A stretch of DNA of 64,000 nucleotides from Anaerolineae bacterium (GCA_027021705.1 JALUTT010000048.1:64001-128000); one strand, 5' to 3'; shown: positions 27,577-39,351, counted from the stretch's first letter. Numbers and translations: made by a program. The notes: generated from the letters alone by a model not told the origin.

Positions 27577-28818
27577 ATGGCTCGACGTCGCCACAGGAAG
27601 CGGATTGCTGAGCAGCAAACCGGCTATCTGGCAGAGCAACCGCTGCCATCCTTTGCCAGTACCCCCGACGAGATCCAGCGTGCGGTAGAGCGCAACTCCA
27701 TCAAGCGTGGCCTTTTCTTCATCCAAAACCTGGTGAGCCTGAATTTCTCCGCCCTCATCCGGCGCGTTGAGCAGCTCGCCCGGGAGTACGATAAAGAGGA
27801 ATGGGCCGAGAAGGCGTCTTGGCTCTGGATTGAGACCGATGCCCTGAAGGCACTGGACGCCTGTCAGCCCCCTGTGCCCTACCCCTGCTACTTCTGCACG
27901 CCTGATATCCTGATCCAGCATCCAGAGCTCGTGATGTACTATCGCAACGTGGCGATGGTCTCGCGAAAGGTGATGAACGACATGGGGCTGAGCACTAGCA
28001 TGTATGAGGCTGGTCAGGTGCCACCCCCAGACGTCGCGCTCGATCTGGCCCGGCATTTCAACCGCATGATCAGTGCCCTGGTGGTCACCAACCCCGTGAC
28101 GCCTCGGCGTCACCTGGAGATGGCCTACGCCAATCTGGGCGCAAGCTTCGATGGTTCCTGGCGCAACGAGGTAGGCAGACTGGCCTATGTTGAGGTCATC
28201 ACGCCTCTGCTGCTCCACCTGCACAGTCTGGGCCATCTGCACAGCGTGGTCTACACCCTCAAGGGGCCGGTCTTCGCGTCCGGCGGTGAGACTCTCCATT
28301 CCCGTGCGTCTCAAGAGTTGATCGTGGACGAGCAGACCGATCTGGAGGTAGCGCTGAGGCATCTGGAGGAGCAGCGGGTGGTATACCGGGAGGTCCGGCT
28401 GCGGAACGGGAACCGCCTTCTCCTAAATCGCCAAATCACCTGGTACGGTGCCGATGGCGAAGCCTACCGGATCGGCCCCGATTTGCTCTCGTCGGGCGAC
28501 GGGGCAGACATCTTGTGGGGAGGCGAATTGAAGGGCGGAGCTGACCCCGCCGGCTCGGATGAGCACTGGAAGACCGCGACGCGAACTTTCGAGCGGATCC
28601 TGTTGGCCTGCGAACGCACAGGTCGTCCAAAGCCACCTCTTTCATTCATTGCGACCATTCTGGTCGAGCGGGTGGCACGCGAGGCTGCCGACTGGTTGAA
28701 AGAGGGTAAGTTGGTCTCGGTGTACAACCTCACACAAATCGCCGAGGATCCTGCCAAACAGCAGCAGTTCCTGAATGACCTCACCACGTTCCTTGGCTAT
28801 CCGGCCCCCGCCGGATAG
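27577..28818 (+). CDS. Type II restriction endonuclease, BsoBI/AvaI- or XcyI-like
   Basis: PD...ELK catalytic motif and GELKGGADPAGSDEHWKTA (BsoBI-like); starts 3 bp after the MTase stop. Confidence 0.75.
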   Translation: MARRRHRKRIAEQQTGYLAEQPLPSFASTPDEIQRAVERNSIKRGLFFIQNLVSLNFSALIRRVEQLAREYDKEEWAEKASWLWIETDALKALDACQPPVPYPCYFCTPDILIQHPELVMYYRNVAMVSRKVMNDMGLSTSMYEAGQVPPPDVALDLARHFNRMISALVVTNPVTPRRHLEMAYANLGASFDGSWRNEVGRLAYVEVITPLLLHLHSLGHLHSVVYTLKGPVFASGGETLHSRASQELIVDEQTDLEVALRHLEEQRVVYREVRLRNGNRLLLNRQITWYGADGEAYRIGPDLLSSGDGADILWGGELKGGADPAGSDEHWKTATRTFERILLACERTGRPKPPLSFIATILVERVAREAADWLKEGKLVSVYNLTQIAEDPAKQQQFLNDLTTFLGYPAPAG

Positions 28819-28859
28819 CCCTGTATCGGCTGACATCGTTTGCCAGGAGGTAACTGTTC

Positions 28860-28954
28860 ACCCTCCCGCAGGTTAGGCGCGTTTCCGACGCGAAACCGTG
28901 CTCAAATAGCCCATCGGGGCCGAAATCGCCCTCGACCGGTGACCTGCGGGAGGG
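28860..28954. mobile_element. MITE/REP-like element, subfamily A
   Basis: Terminal inverted repeats ccctcccgcaggt / acctgcgggaggg; near-identical inverted copy at 61367-61463. Confidence 0.7.
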
Positions 28955-28983
28955 CAGGCTGAATGGATACGCTAGGAGGTCCT

Positions 28984-30750
28984 ATGCACCGCATCCATCG
29001 CCACCTTTTTATCCTGCTGGTTGTCCCGTTTCTCCTCGCCGCCTGCGCCCGGCCCACCCCCGAGACCCGGGTGGAAGTCGTCAAAGAAACGGTGATCGTT
29101 ACCCGCGTGGTGCGGGAGACCGTTGAGGTAACCCGGCGGGTGGATGTCACCACGACGCCGCTCCCGGCCCCTTCTAAGGTCACCCTGGACCTGAACTTCG
29201 GGGCCGACGTGACCACGCTGGACCCCCAAACGGCCGAGGACCCCGATTCCATTGACGTGATCGAGAACCTCTTCGTGGGGCTGACCCGCTACAACCCAGA
29301 GACGGGCAGGGTGGAGCCGGCCCTGGCCGACAGTTGGGACATCTCCGACGACGGCCTTACCTGGACCTTCCGTCTGCGGGACGATGTGACCTGGGTGCGC
29401 TACAATCCGGTGGACGATGCCGTCGAGCAGATCCGCCCTGTGGTCGCCGCTGACTTCTTGAACGGCCTGCGTCGCCTCTGTCACCCGACCAATACCTCCT
29501 ACTACGCCGGCGTGGTTGCTCCCTTCATCAAGGGTTGTCAGTCGCTGCGCGATAAGGCCCCGGCGGAGTTCCGGGAGGAAGATTGGGACCTGCTGGGCGT
29601 GGAGGCCCCTGAGGACAACCTCCTGGTCATCGAACTGGAAGTCCCCTTCTCCCCCTTCCTCTCGGTGCTGACGATGTGGCCCCTGCGCCCCATCCCCCAG
29701 GAGGTGATAGACCGCTTTGGCGAGCGCTGGATTGAGCCGGGCGTCATCCTGACCAACGGCCCCTTCCTGCTCCGCCAGTGGGTGCACGGGACCCGGATGA
29801 CGCTGGAGCGCAACCCCTTCTGGCCGGCCGACTGGCCGGGCAACGTGGAGGTGGTTCAGATCTACTTCCACGATCCGGTCACGGCGGCTGCTTGGTGGCA
29901 GGAGGGCCGGCTGGACCTCCTGGCAACGGATCAGGTGGGAACGCCTGATCTGGTGGCGACGCCGACGGCTTTCTTCTTCGCCTTTGCCTACGACAAGGAA
30001 CCCTTCGACAACGTCGGAGTCCGGCGGGCCTTCTCGGCCGCGCTGGACCGGGAGGCGCTGGTCCGGGAGGCTCTGAAGGGAGCCGGTCTGCCCATGCGCC
30101 ACCTCACTCCCCCCGGGCTCTTCGGTGCTCCCCCCCGCGACGAGGTAGGCGTGGGCTTCGACCCCCAGTTGGCCCGCAAGGCGCTGGAGGAGGCCGGCTA
30201 CCCCGACTGCCAGGAATTCCCCCAGGTCACCCTCGCGGTGCTGAAGGACTCTCCCTCCTGGGCAGCGGCCGTGGAGTTCGCCATCGCCCGCTGGCAAGAG
30301 GTGCTGGGCTGCCCTGCCGACCGGTTCCAGGTCGTGTCCCAGGACTGGGACACCCTGTTGACCATGGTCTCACCCGACGCGGAGACCGAGGCCCGTCCCC
30401 ACCTGTGGACCTACGGCTGGGAGGCCGACTACCCCGACGCCAACAACTGGCTGGGCGACCTGCTCTGGTGCGAGGTGCCGGTCAACCAGCTCAAGCGGCC
30501 CTGTGAGGAGACGGACGACCTGATCGTCCAGGCGCGGGTGGAGCGAGACCCGGACAAGCGGCTGGAGCTCTATCGGCAGATCGAGGAGCAGTTCTTCGGA
30601 CCCGAGGGGGAGTTCCCCATCATCCCCCTCTGGGTGGGCGTCCAACCGGTGGCCCGGCAGTCCTGGCTGACCTACTCCCCGGCCGTCTTCGGTGGGGAGC
30701 GGTACGACCTCTACCGGCTGGACTGGAAGGCCAAGCTGGCGGGGCCTTAG
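28984..30750 (+). CDS. Peptide ABC transporter substrate-binding lipoprotein (OppA-like)
   Basis: Lipobox LLAAC; TLDPQ; LFVGLT; LADSWDISDDGLTWTFRLR; NGPF; WEADYPD. SD aggagg. Confidence 0.9.
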   Translation: MHRIHRHLFILLVVPFLLAACARPTPETRVEVVKETVIVTRVVRETVEVTRRVDVTTTPLPAPSKVTLDLNFGADVTTLDPQTAEDPDSIDVIENLFVGLTRYNPETGRVEPALADSWDISDDGLTWTFRLRDDVTWVRYNPVDDAVEQIRPVVAADFLNGLRRLCHPTNTSYYAGVVAPFIKGCQSLRDKAPAEFREEDWDLLGVEAPEDNLLVIELEVPFSPFLSVLTMWPLRPIPQEVIDRFGERWIEPGVILTNGPFLLRQWVHGTRMTLERNPFWPADWPGNVEVVQIYFHDPVTAAAWWQEGRLDLLATDQVGTPDLVATPTAFFFAFAYDKEPFDNVGVRRAFSAALDREALVREALKGAGLPMRHLTPPGLFGAPPRDEVGVGFDPQLARKALEEAGYPDCQEFPQVTLAVLKDSPSWAAAVEFAIARWQEVLGCPADRFQVVSQDWDTLLTMVSPDAETEARPHLWTYGWEADYPDANNWLGDLLWCEVPVNQLKRPCEETDDLIVQARVERDPDKRLELYRQIEEQFFGPEGEFPIIPLWVGVQPVARQSWLTYSPAVFGGERYDLYRLDWKAKLAGP

Positions 30751-30768
30751 TGCATAGGGAAGGAGGAT

Positions 30769-31380
30769 ATGGGCAGGCGTAGACGTCCTCCCATTCCGGT
30801 GACGCTGGTCTTACCAGCCGAGCCGCCGACCCAGGAGGAGATTGATGCCATCTTGATGGCCGCCGACGCCATCGTTGGCCAGGCAGGCCGGAGCGGACTG
30901 GTGCTCATCCTCAACGGGTCACGTAGCAAGAAGGTGCGGGAATGGGAGTGGGATAAGCTGCCGGACTACGGGGTGCTCAAACACCTGACGGCTGAGCAGA
31001 TCGCCCGCAAGGTGGATTGGTGCATCCACCACCGCTGGCTCCGGCTGGAACACAATCCCAACGGCATCCCCTTGCTCTACCACTCGGCGAAGGGGTGGGA
31101 ACAGGTCAAACGTCTCTGGGTGAAGCGACTGCTGGGGTGGTTTGGGGCCTGGCAGGAGGCCGGTCAGCCCAAAAAGGTCTGGCCTCGCCTAGAGACCATC
31201 CACCGGGAGATCAAGCTGATGCTCCTGGCCGCTATCCGGGATCAAGAACGGCACGATCTCGTTCCCGTCCTTCGGGCCTGGTTTCCCCACGAGGTGCGGG
31301 CGGTGCGCAAGGCGATCAACCGGACCCTGCAGGACTTGGGGTATCAGCCCCTTCTCCATCCCCGTTCGAAGCGGCGGTAA
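30769..31380 (+). CDS. Stand-alone RQC (winged-helix) domain protein
   Basis: ILMAADAIVGQAGRSGLVLILNGSRSKKV..YGVLKHLT..VDWCI pattern of RQC-minor proteins. Confidence 0.65.
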   Translation: MGRRRRPPIPVTLVLPAEPPTQEEIDAILMAADAIVGQAGRSGLVLILNGSRSKKVREWEWDKLPDYGVLKHLTAEQIARKVDWCIHHRWLRLEHNPNGIPLLYHSAKGWEQVKRLWVKRLLGWFGAWQEAGQPKKVWPRLETIHREIKLMLLAAIRDQERHDLVPVLRAWFPHEVRAVRKAINRTLQDLGYQPLLHPRSKRR

Positions 31381-32809
31381 CGGCGATGGCCTCGCGGTAG
31401 ACGGCGACGATCTCGGCGGTCTTGTGGGCCCAGGTCTGGTCGGCCACGGCGTCGGCGATGCGCCGGCGCTCGGCCATGGTGACCGGTCGGTGGAGCATCC
31501 GCAGGACCGCCTCGGCCAGTTCCCGACTGAAGGGCTCCTCGTCCTGGGGCAAGGGCTTCCCCCTCGCGTCCACGGCAATAGGGCGCACCAGCTCGGCCAG
31601 GCCGGCGGCCCGCAGCTCCGCCGGCACGAAGGTCGGCGGCCCGCCTCGGTCCGTGGCGATCACCCGCAGCCCTGAGGCCAGCGCTTCGATGAGCACCAGC
31701 CCGAAGGGCTCCTCCACCGAGGGCAGGACGAAGAGGTCGGCCACGTTCATCAGCCGGCTCACATCCTCGTAGCGGGCCTTGCCCGGCAGCAGCACCTCCC
31801 CTTCCAGCCCCAGCCTGTGCACCAGCGCCTCCAGCCGCGCCCGTGCCTCCGGCGGTCCCTCCCCCACGATCAGCGTCGCCACCGGTTCGGGGAAGGCCCG
31901 GTGGTAGTGGGCCGCCGCCCGGATGAGGTAGGGCAGCCCCTTGTAGTCGGCGAACTTGCTGACGCAGAGGACGATCCGGGCCTTGGGATTGGGCAGCCGG
32001 ATGCGGTAGTGGGCGAAGAGCGCAGCCCGGTCCACGGACTGCAGGCGGAAGAGGCGGTGGTTGTAACCGTTTCCGATGACCCGGACCCGGCTCGCCTCCA
32101 CGCCGAAAGCCTGGACCGCCTGCTCGCCCGTGCGCGGGGAGATGGGCATCACCCGCTCGACCGACTGGACGCCGGGGCGGACCAGGGGGCCGAAGCGGGG
32201 GGCGTCCAGGAGCAGCTTGTAGGCCGTGCCGTGGACCGTCGTCACAATGGGCAGCCAGGGGGCGGCCAGACGGGCGATGGGGTTGAGGAGCCAGAGGTGG
32301 TTGACGTGGATGAGGTCGGGCCGGAAGTCCAGCGCCAGCCGGCGAATCTTGCCGTAGAAGGCCCGCAAGTAGGTGTTGAGCTGGGCCTCGGTCAGGTCCC
32401 GGAAGGGGCGGGAGGGGTAGGGCATCTGGAGGGACATCCCCGAGATGGGGAAGGGAACGTCGCCCTGGGGGTTCGCCTCGTCCTCGCTGAAGAGGAGGGT
32501 GTGGACGTGGTCATCGGGGAGGCCGCCGACCTCGTCGCCCCGGATGGGGTGGTAGGCCCCCGCCAGGACGGTCACCTGGTGGCCGGCCCGTTGCAGTTCC
32601 CCGACCACCTCGCGCAGGTAAACGCCGCTGCCCGTCTGGCCGGGCCGTTGGGAGAGGAGCATCAACACCCGCAGGGGGGCCTCGGGTGTCAGCCGGGCGA
32701 CGCGGTCCTGCCAGAGGCGGGCTGCCCGGCGGACCACCGGATCGTCAGCAGCCCGCTGCCAAGCGGTGGTAAACGCTTTCAGGTCCTCGGTGGTGATGGA
32801 AGAGGCCAT
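31316..32809 (-). CDS. Glycosyltransferase family 4 (GT-B)
   Basis: GSGVY; PDLIHVNHLW; KGL; DLFVLPSVEEPFGLVLIEALASG. Confidence 0.9.
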   Translation of the reverse strand: MASSITTEDLKAFTTAWQRAADDPVVRRAARLWQDRVARLTPEAPLRVLMLLSQRPGQTGSGVYLREVVGELQRAGHQVTVLAGAYHPIRGDEVGGLPDDHVHTLLFSEDEANPQGDVPFPISGMSLQMPYPSRPFRDLTEAQLNTYLRAFYGKIRRLALDFRPDLIHVNHLWLLNPIARLAAPWLPIVTTVHGTAYKLLLDAPRFGPLVRPGVQSVERVMPISPRTGEQAVQAFGVEASRVRVIGNGYNHRLFRLQSVDRAALFAHYRIRLPNPKARIVLCVSKFADYKGLPYLIRAAAHYHRAFPEPVATLIVGEGPPEARARLEALVHRLGLEGEVLLPGKARYEDVSRLMNVADLFVLPSVEEPFGLVLIEALASGLRVIATDRGGPPTFVPAELRAAGLAELVRPIAVDARGKPLPQDEEPFSRELAEAVLRMLHRPVTMAERRRIADAVADQTWAHKTAEIVAVYREAIAVTAASNGDGEGADTPSPAGSG

Positions 32810-32823
32810 AGGGATGCCCACGA

Positions 32824-35800
32824 CTACCGCCGACGGCTGCGGCCCATCGAGCTCCGCCGCGATGATCCCCCGCTGCTGCTCCGACGGCGGGAAGCGCCAC
32901 CGCTGCTGCGCCGTCGGGAGGAGCCACCTCCCCACGAGGACCCGCCACCTCCGAAACCGGAGCCCCAGCCAAATCCTCCTGAGGACCGTCGCCTCTCCCT
33001 TCGCTGCTTCCGCTCCCGCTCCGCTTGGGTCCGCTCGATGCGCTGACGGGCCTGGCGCTCGGCGGCCAGAGCGTAGCGTTTCGCATCGTTGGCTTGGTCT
33101 CGTATCCGCGTCAGCATTTCGCGGGAGACGGGGGTCTTGGGCAAGACCGGCAGGATGGAGCGAGCCCGCCGCAGCGATCCGACACCCGCCCGACCGGCAT
33201 CGGGGTGGTTGACGACCCGCTCCGCGCTGCGGATCGCCCGCTGGGCTGAGCGGACGGCGGTCCTGGCCGCTTGAAGGAGCCGGTCGTAGGCTTTGCGATC
33301 CACGTTGAGGCGCTGCTCGGCCTGGGCTGCCTGCTTCTCAACCGTCTCGTAGGCGGCGACGGCGGCCTGCAGCGCCTCTGCCAGCGCTTGGTCCTCCAGC
33401 CCTGCCAAGGCGGCCCGGGCCTTTTGGGCTTGGGAGAGGCCACGCTGCACCTGCCGAACCAGCTTGTTGAGCTCCGGCGTCTGGACCACCGCCGGCAGCG
33501 CTTCCGCTTCGGCCAGGCAGTCCTTTGCCCGCTTCCCTACCTGTTTGACCTTCGCTTCCAGTTTCTCCTGGAGTTCGTTGATCGCCTGGACCTGTTCCAC
33601 GGCGGCAGCGTAGGCGGCCGTCGCCTGTTGTCGGGCTGCCATCTGGGCGTCCACCGCAGCGATGAACTCGCGGGCTTTCGCCAGCCGCCGCGCTTCCTCC
33701 AGCTGACGGCGGGCCTGGGCGATCTGTTGGTCCACCGCCGGCCCGATCTTGACGTCCTCCCGGTCCCGGAAGGCGATGGCCTTCTCCACCTCGGCCTCGG
33801 TGAGGCGAAGGGCCTCCTGGATGGTACGTTCGGCCGTCTGCACCTCCTCCAGACGCTGTACGAGGGCTTGGAGCTGCCGTTCCGTCCGCGCCAGGTCGGC
33901 CTTCGCCTGGGTCAGTTCCGCTTCGGCCTCGGTGAGCTTCTGCTCCTCCAGGCTGTTGAGGCGGGCGATCTGCCGGAGCCGGCCCTCGCGCAGCTCCTGG
34001 AGGGTCTGGGTGGCCTGTTCCAGCCCTGCGGCGACGTCGGCCCAGTTGCCTTCGGGATAGCTTTGGAGGGCCTGCCAGGCGGGGAGCACCGTCTCCTGGC
34101 GGTACTGCTCCAGACGGGCCACTTCTTTCTGGAGTTGGTCGAGGGCGGCCTGGTTCTGCTGGTGCAGCGCCTGCCAGGCTTGGGCATCGGCCAGGGCCTG
34201 CTGGCTGTCGGCCTCCAGTTCTTCGATCCAAGAGGCGGCGGCCTGGTAATTGCCCGCCTCGATCTCCCGGATGATGGCTTGCAGGTCCGCCTCGACCTCC
34301 TCGAGCATCTTGGCCAGGTTGGGGGGGCGGTATCCCTGGGTGGTGATGGCTTCGATCTGGGGCTGCCGGCGGTTGTGGGCTTCGACGGCTGCGACGAAGG
34401 CCCTGACCGTCTCCAGGTCTCGCCGGACGGCGTCGGCCTGCCGGATGGTGCGCAGGAAGCGCCCGGCCTGCAGGTCGGCCTTCGCCTGGGTCAGGCGTCG
34501 GTCAAGAGCCGCGAAGACCTTCCGCCGGCTCATCACGAAAGGGGAGGGCACCTCCTCTTCGGCGGCCTGGCGCTGGGCTTTGGCCTCGGCGAGCCGCTCC
34601 GGGGCCTCCTGCTGAGCGGCCTGGAGGCGGGCGATCTGGCCCTTGACGTAGTCAATGTAGCCCAGGATCCCCTCGGCGTCGGTCTTGGAGGGGTCCACCA
34701 CCATCAGTTCGACCTTGAGGGGGGTGCCGACCATCTCCCGCCGCAGGTCGTCCAACTGCTTGGCCAATTGCACGTCGTCCGGCTCCCGCTCCAGCACCAG
34801 CAGGGGGTCGAGGAGGGCGCGGAGTTCGTCGTCGGTGAGGTTGCGGATCTCCTCCCGGCTGCCGACGAGGGTGAGGTAGAGCATCTCCCAGTCTCGCACC
34901 TGCGTCTCCAGGGAGCGCCCCTCTTGCAAGGTCGGGTCAATCAGCTTCTGGCGCAGGTCGAAGGCGTCGCTCAGGGCTTCCTGGCTGCGCCGCAGGGCCT
35001 CCCGGACATCGGCGCGGAGCTCCTCTTCGTGCTCGCCCCCGTAGGCGCTGAAGAGCTGGTAGAGCATCGTCTCCTCGGGCCTCTCCCCTTGTAGCACCTG
35101 GTTGCAGGCGTTCAGCAGGTTCGAGGTGCGGGACCGCAGGACCTCCAGGTGGCGCCGGAGGGCTCGGCGGCGCTGGAACTGCTGCCAGGCGGGGCGGATG
35201 ACCCGGGGGGTGAGCAGGTAGCCGCCGGCACCCAGGACGCCGAGGCCCAGGAGGCCGAGGAGCAGCTTGCCCAGTGGAGTAGGGGATGGGGCGGGAGAGG
35301 GAACCGGCGACGGAACGGGGGAGGGGACGGGGGAGGGCTGAGCCACCGTTGCCGGCCGGTAGATCTCGAAGGCGGTGGTCAGTGCCTGGACGAAAGCGCC
35401 AGTGGGGTCACCGGCGGCGATGGCGTTGCGCATCTGCCCCTTGACGCGGGCCACGGCGGCATCGGTGTCCAGGGGGGAGCCGAAGAGCCGCTCGCCGAAG
35501 GTCACGCTGTAGGCCCAGCTCCGGTCGGCGGCGGTGCTGGCCTCGAAAGCGATGCCGTTCCGGTCGAAGCTGTCGGGCTGGTTCAGGTCGCGCAGGCCGG
35601 CCTCGGCCTCGGCCTGATCCAGGAAGGCGAACCAATCCTCCTCGCTCTCCGGGCGGTAGTCGGTCAGGAGGATGAAGACGCGGAAGCCTTCATCGGCCCA
35701 GGGACGGGCGGCCTGGCAGATCGCCTCGACGTCCACCGGCCGGTCCGTCTCCAGGCGGAGGTCGGCGTAGGGGCAGGTGGGCTGGGCCTGGACGCGGGCG

Positions 35801-35874
35801 GCCGCACCTGCCACGACGACGGCGACCAGCAGCAGGACCAGGGCCTTCCAGCCCCGTGGAGTTCGTTGGATCAC
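32824..35874 (-). CDS. Membrane-anchored protein: signal peptide, TPM-like domain, Pro/Ser linker, TM, long coiled coil, Gly/Ser/Arg tail
   Basis: N-terminal hydrophobic signal, PSPV repeats, TM LLLGLLGLGVLGAGGYLL, long Ala/Glu/Gln heptad region, GGGGSSWGGGSSRRRSS tail. GTG overlaps the upstream TGA. Confidence 0.65.
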   Translation of the reverse strand: MIQRTPRGWKALVLLLVAVVVAGAAARVQAQPTCPYADLRLETDRPVDVEAICQAARPWADEGFRVFILLTDYRPESEEDWFAFLDQAEAEAGLRDLNQPDSFDRNGIAFEASTAADRSWAYSVTFGERLFGSPLDTDAAVARVKGQMRNAIAAGDPTGAFVQALTTAFEIYRPATVAQPSPVPSPVPSPVPSPAPSPTPLGKLLLGLLGLGVLGAGGYLLTPRVIRPAWQQFQRRRALRRHLEVLRSRTSNLLNACNQVLQGERPEETMLYQLFSAYGGEHEEELRADVREALRRSQEALSDAFDLRQKLIDPTLQEGRSLETQVRDWEMLYLTLVGSREEIRNLTDDELRALLDPLLVLEREPDDVQLAKQLDDLRREMVGTPLKVELMVVDPSKTDAEGILGYIDYVKGQIARLQAAQQEAPERLAEAKAQRQAAEEEVPSPFVMSRRKVFAALDRRLTQAKADLQAGRFLRTIRQADAVRRDLETVRAFVAAVEAHNRRQPQIEAITTQGYRPPNLAKMLEEVEADLQAIIREIEAGNYQAAASWIEELEADSQQALADAQAWQALHQQNQAALDQLQKEVARLEQYRQETVLPAWQALQSYPEGNWADVAAGLEQATQTLQELREGRLRQIARLNSLEEQKLTEAEAELTQAKADLARTERQLQALVQRLEEVQTAERTIQEALRLTEAEVEKAIAFRDREDVKIGPAVDQQIAQARRQLEEARRLAKAREFIAAVDAQMAARQQATAAYAAAVEQVQAINELQEKLEAKVKQVGKRAKDCLAEAEALPAVVQTPELNKLVRQVQRGLSQAQKARAALAGLEDQALAEALQAAVAAYETVEKQAAQAEQRLNVDRKAYDRLLQAARTAVRSAQRAIRSAERVVNHPDAGRAGVGSLRRARSILPVLPKTPVSREMLTRIRDQANDAKRYALAAERQARQRIERTQAERERKQRRERRRSSGGFGWGSGFGGGGSSWGGGSSRRRSSGGASRRRSSSGGSSRRSSMGRSRRR

Positions 35875-36284
35875 GCTTTCCCCCTTTCTTGGTCCGGCAG
35901 CTTGCTCCACAACTTGTGTCGAATGAAGGTAAGGAATTCTCGGATGGCTTCTTCAGCGTTGTCACTTATATGGCTCTCCACAACGTTGTCTTCACGGCCG
36001 TCATGGAAGTGTTTGGGAAATGTTGCTATGTGGCGCCATCGGTGGTGGGGCGCGTTGTCATGGCGATAACAGTCGTTTGCCGGGGTCAAGCGACGCTCCC
36101 AGTGATAAGAATAGCGCCCTGTAACGGAGATAAAGATATCGAGGAAAGAGCCTTCCACTATCTCAAGACGCAACTTGACGGGATCGCCCGTAGGCAGTGT
36201 CATAATCTGAGCATTGACCACAATGTCTGCGAACTCACTCAGGGCGATGGCTCTCAGAGTTCTGTAGGTCTCGGAGATAGGCAT
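35871..36284 (-). CDS. DUF6516 (TumE-like) putative toxin
   Basis: YSYHW...RHDNAPHH...TFPKHFHDG signature. Confidence 0.7.
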   Translation of the reverse strand: MPISETYRTLRAIALSEFADIVVNAQIMTLPTGDPVKLRLEIVEGSFLDIFISVTGRYSYHWERRLTPANDCYRHDNAPHHRWRHIATFPKHFHDGREDNVVESHISDNAEEAIREFLTFIRHKLWSKLPDQERGKA

Positions 36285-36561
36285 CCAGCTCCTCCAAGCG
36301 GGCTGTCAGGTTCTCGACGACGATAAGGTCCTCCCAGGCGGGGTGCTCCGTCACCATCCCTTGGGCGATTTTGGCTTCCAAATCTGTAGCCGATTCTGCG
36401 CCATATCGAGCTAGGATGCCCAGACGTATCTGGAGGATCTGTCGCTTCTTTTCCCGCAGGAAGCTGATCAGTGCTTGGCGGAACAGATCGTCTTCGTCGA
36501 GCCCTAGCGATGTGGCGATTTTCGTGATCGTAGTAGGGGCAGAGGTAGATGCCATCGTCAC
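36235..36561 (-). CDS. Small putative antitoxin upstream of the DUF6516 gene
   Basis: 108-aa helical protein (ARYG..DLEAKI..EHPAWEDLI) overlapping the toxin-like gene start. Confidence 0.55.
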   Translation of the reverse strand: MTMASTSAPTTITKIATSLGLDEDDLFRQALISFLREKKRQILQIRLGILARYGAESATDLEAKIAQGMVTEHPAWEDLIVVENLTARLEELDAYLRDLQNSESHRPE

Positions 36562-36765
36562 TTCACCTCGACAAAGCTAGACCTTCACGGACTGCTGTCA
36601 ACGGATTAGGAGAGCGGATTGAACGGAGAGAAGTGATCCCATAGGAGACGGTCTGGCCGATAAGTACCGATGCTCTCTCAAACGGATTTTGACAGGCCAC
36701 CTACGGAGTCGTCGTCTTCCATCCGCTCAAGCGGATTCTATGGGAGACGACCCAACCCACTCTAG

Positions 36766-38244
<1,479 letters not shown>

Positions 38245-38314
38245 CGACCGCCGGTGGCCGGTGGCCGACCGCCGAACAGAGGGGGCACCGAGGGCTGAGG
38301 GTCGAGGGGCAGGG

Positions 38315-38430
38315 GACAAGGGCCAAGGGACCAAGGGACCACCCGACCACCTGACCAAGGACCAAGGAACCACGCGACCAAGGGACCACTCGACCACCTG
38401 ACCAAGCGACCACTCGACTACTTGACCACC
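38315..38430 (+). repeat. Degenerate 8-bp tandem repeat (GACCAnnn)
   Basis: gaccaagg/gaccacct/gaccactc units, about a dozen in tandem between eno and degV. Confidence 0.75.
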
Positions 38431-38446
38431 AGAGAGGGGGGGAATC

Positions 38447-39295
38447 GTGATCAAGATCGTGACCGATGCCGATGCCAGCCTCCCAGAAGCGGAGATGGAC
38501 CGCTACGACATCACGACCATTCCGCTCTGGGTGCACTTCGGTGAGGAGACCTACCGGGAGGGCATAGACCTCACGGCCGATGAGTTCTACGCCCGGCTCA
38601 CGGCGTCGAAGGCGCTGCCGACTACCTCCCAGCCCTCGGCGGGGCAGTTCGTCGAGATCTACCGGCCTCTTCTGGAAGCCGGCCACGAGATCGTCTCCAT
38701 CCACCTGTCCGGCGACCTCAGCGGCACCTGCCTCTCCGCTCATCAAGCCATCGAGATGCTGGGAGGCGATGTGCCCATCAGTGTCGTGGACTCACGCACC
38801 GTCTCCGTGGCCGAGGCGCTGCTGGTGCGGCAGGCGGCCCTCTGGGCCGAGGCCGGCCGGGATCGGAAGACCATCGCTGCCGATCTGGAGCGGGTCACGG
38901 ACCGGGTGACCGTCTTCTTCACCGTCGAGACCCTGGAGTACCTGGCCAAAGGGGGGCGCATTGGCAAAGCCGCCGCGCTGATGGGCACCGTCCTCCGGGT
39001 GCAGCCGATCCTGTCCATCCAGGGAGGAATCATCGTCCCGGTCGAGCGCCCCCGCACCCGCCGACGGGCGGTCGCCCGTCTCCGGGAGTTGGTCCTGGAG
39101 CGGACGGGGGAGAACCAGGAGGTCTGGATGGGGATCGCCCACGCCCGCTGTCTGGACGAAGCGGAAGCGCTGGCCCAGTTCTTCCGCGAGACCCTATCGC
39201 CGGCCTTTCTCTTCATCCACGAGCTAGGGCCGGGGATCGGCACCCACGGGGGGCCGGGGACGCTGGGGGTAGCTCTTTACCACCCGGCGGAGTGA
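38447..39295 (+). CDS. degV: DegV family fatty-acid-binding protein
   Basis: IVTDADA; PTTSQPS; HLSGDLSGT; LEYLAKGGRIG; THGGPG. Confidence 0.92.
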   Translation: MIKIVTDADASLPEAEMDRYDITTIPLWVHFGEETYREGIDLTADEFYARLTASKALPTTSQPSAGQFVEIYRPLLEAGHEIVSIHLSGDLSGTCLSAHQAIEMLGGDVPISVVDSRTVSVAEALLVRQAALWAEAGRDRKTIAADLERVTDRVTVFFTVETLEYLAKGGRIGKAAALMGTVLRVQPILSIQGGIIVPVERPRTRRRAVARLRELVLERTGENQEVWMGIAHARCLDEAEALAQFFRETLSPAFLFIHELGPGIGTHGGPGTLGVALYHPAE

Positions 39296-39323
39296 GCTGG
39301 ACGACCAGGGAGCATCGTCTCAA

Positions 39324-39351
39324 GAGGCCGTCCTGGCGCCAGGACGGCCTC
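39324..39351. terminator. Perfect 28-bp palindrome after degV (terminator or operator)
   Basis: gaggccgtcctggc|gccaggacggcctc. Confidence 0.55.

Noticed and set aside
28860..28954. Integron attC site (contains GTTAGGC)
   Set aside because: The core motif is internal, not arranged as RYYYAAC...GTTRRRY at the hairpin ends, and there is no integrase.
36590..36740. ncRNA or small gene between the TA-like pair and eno
   Set aside because: Only scattered cggat repeats and a short ctgtcaa/ttgacag inversion; insufficient support.
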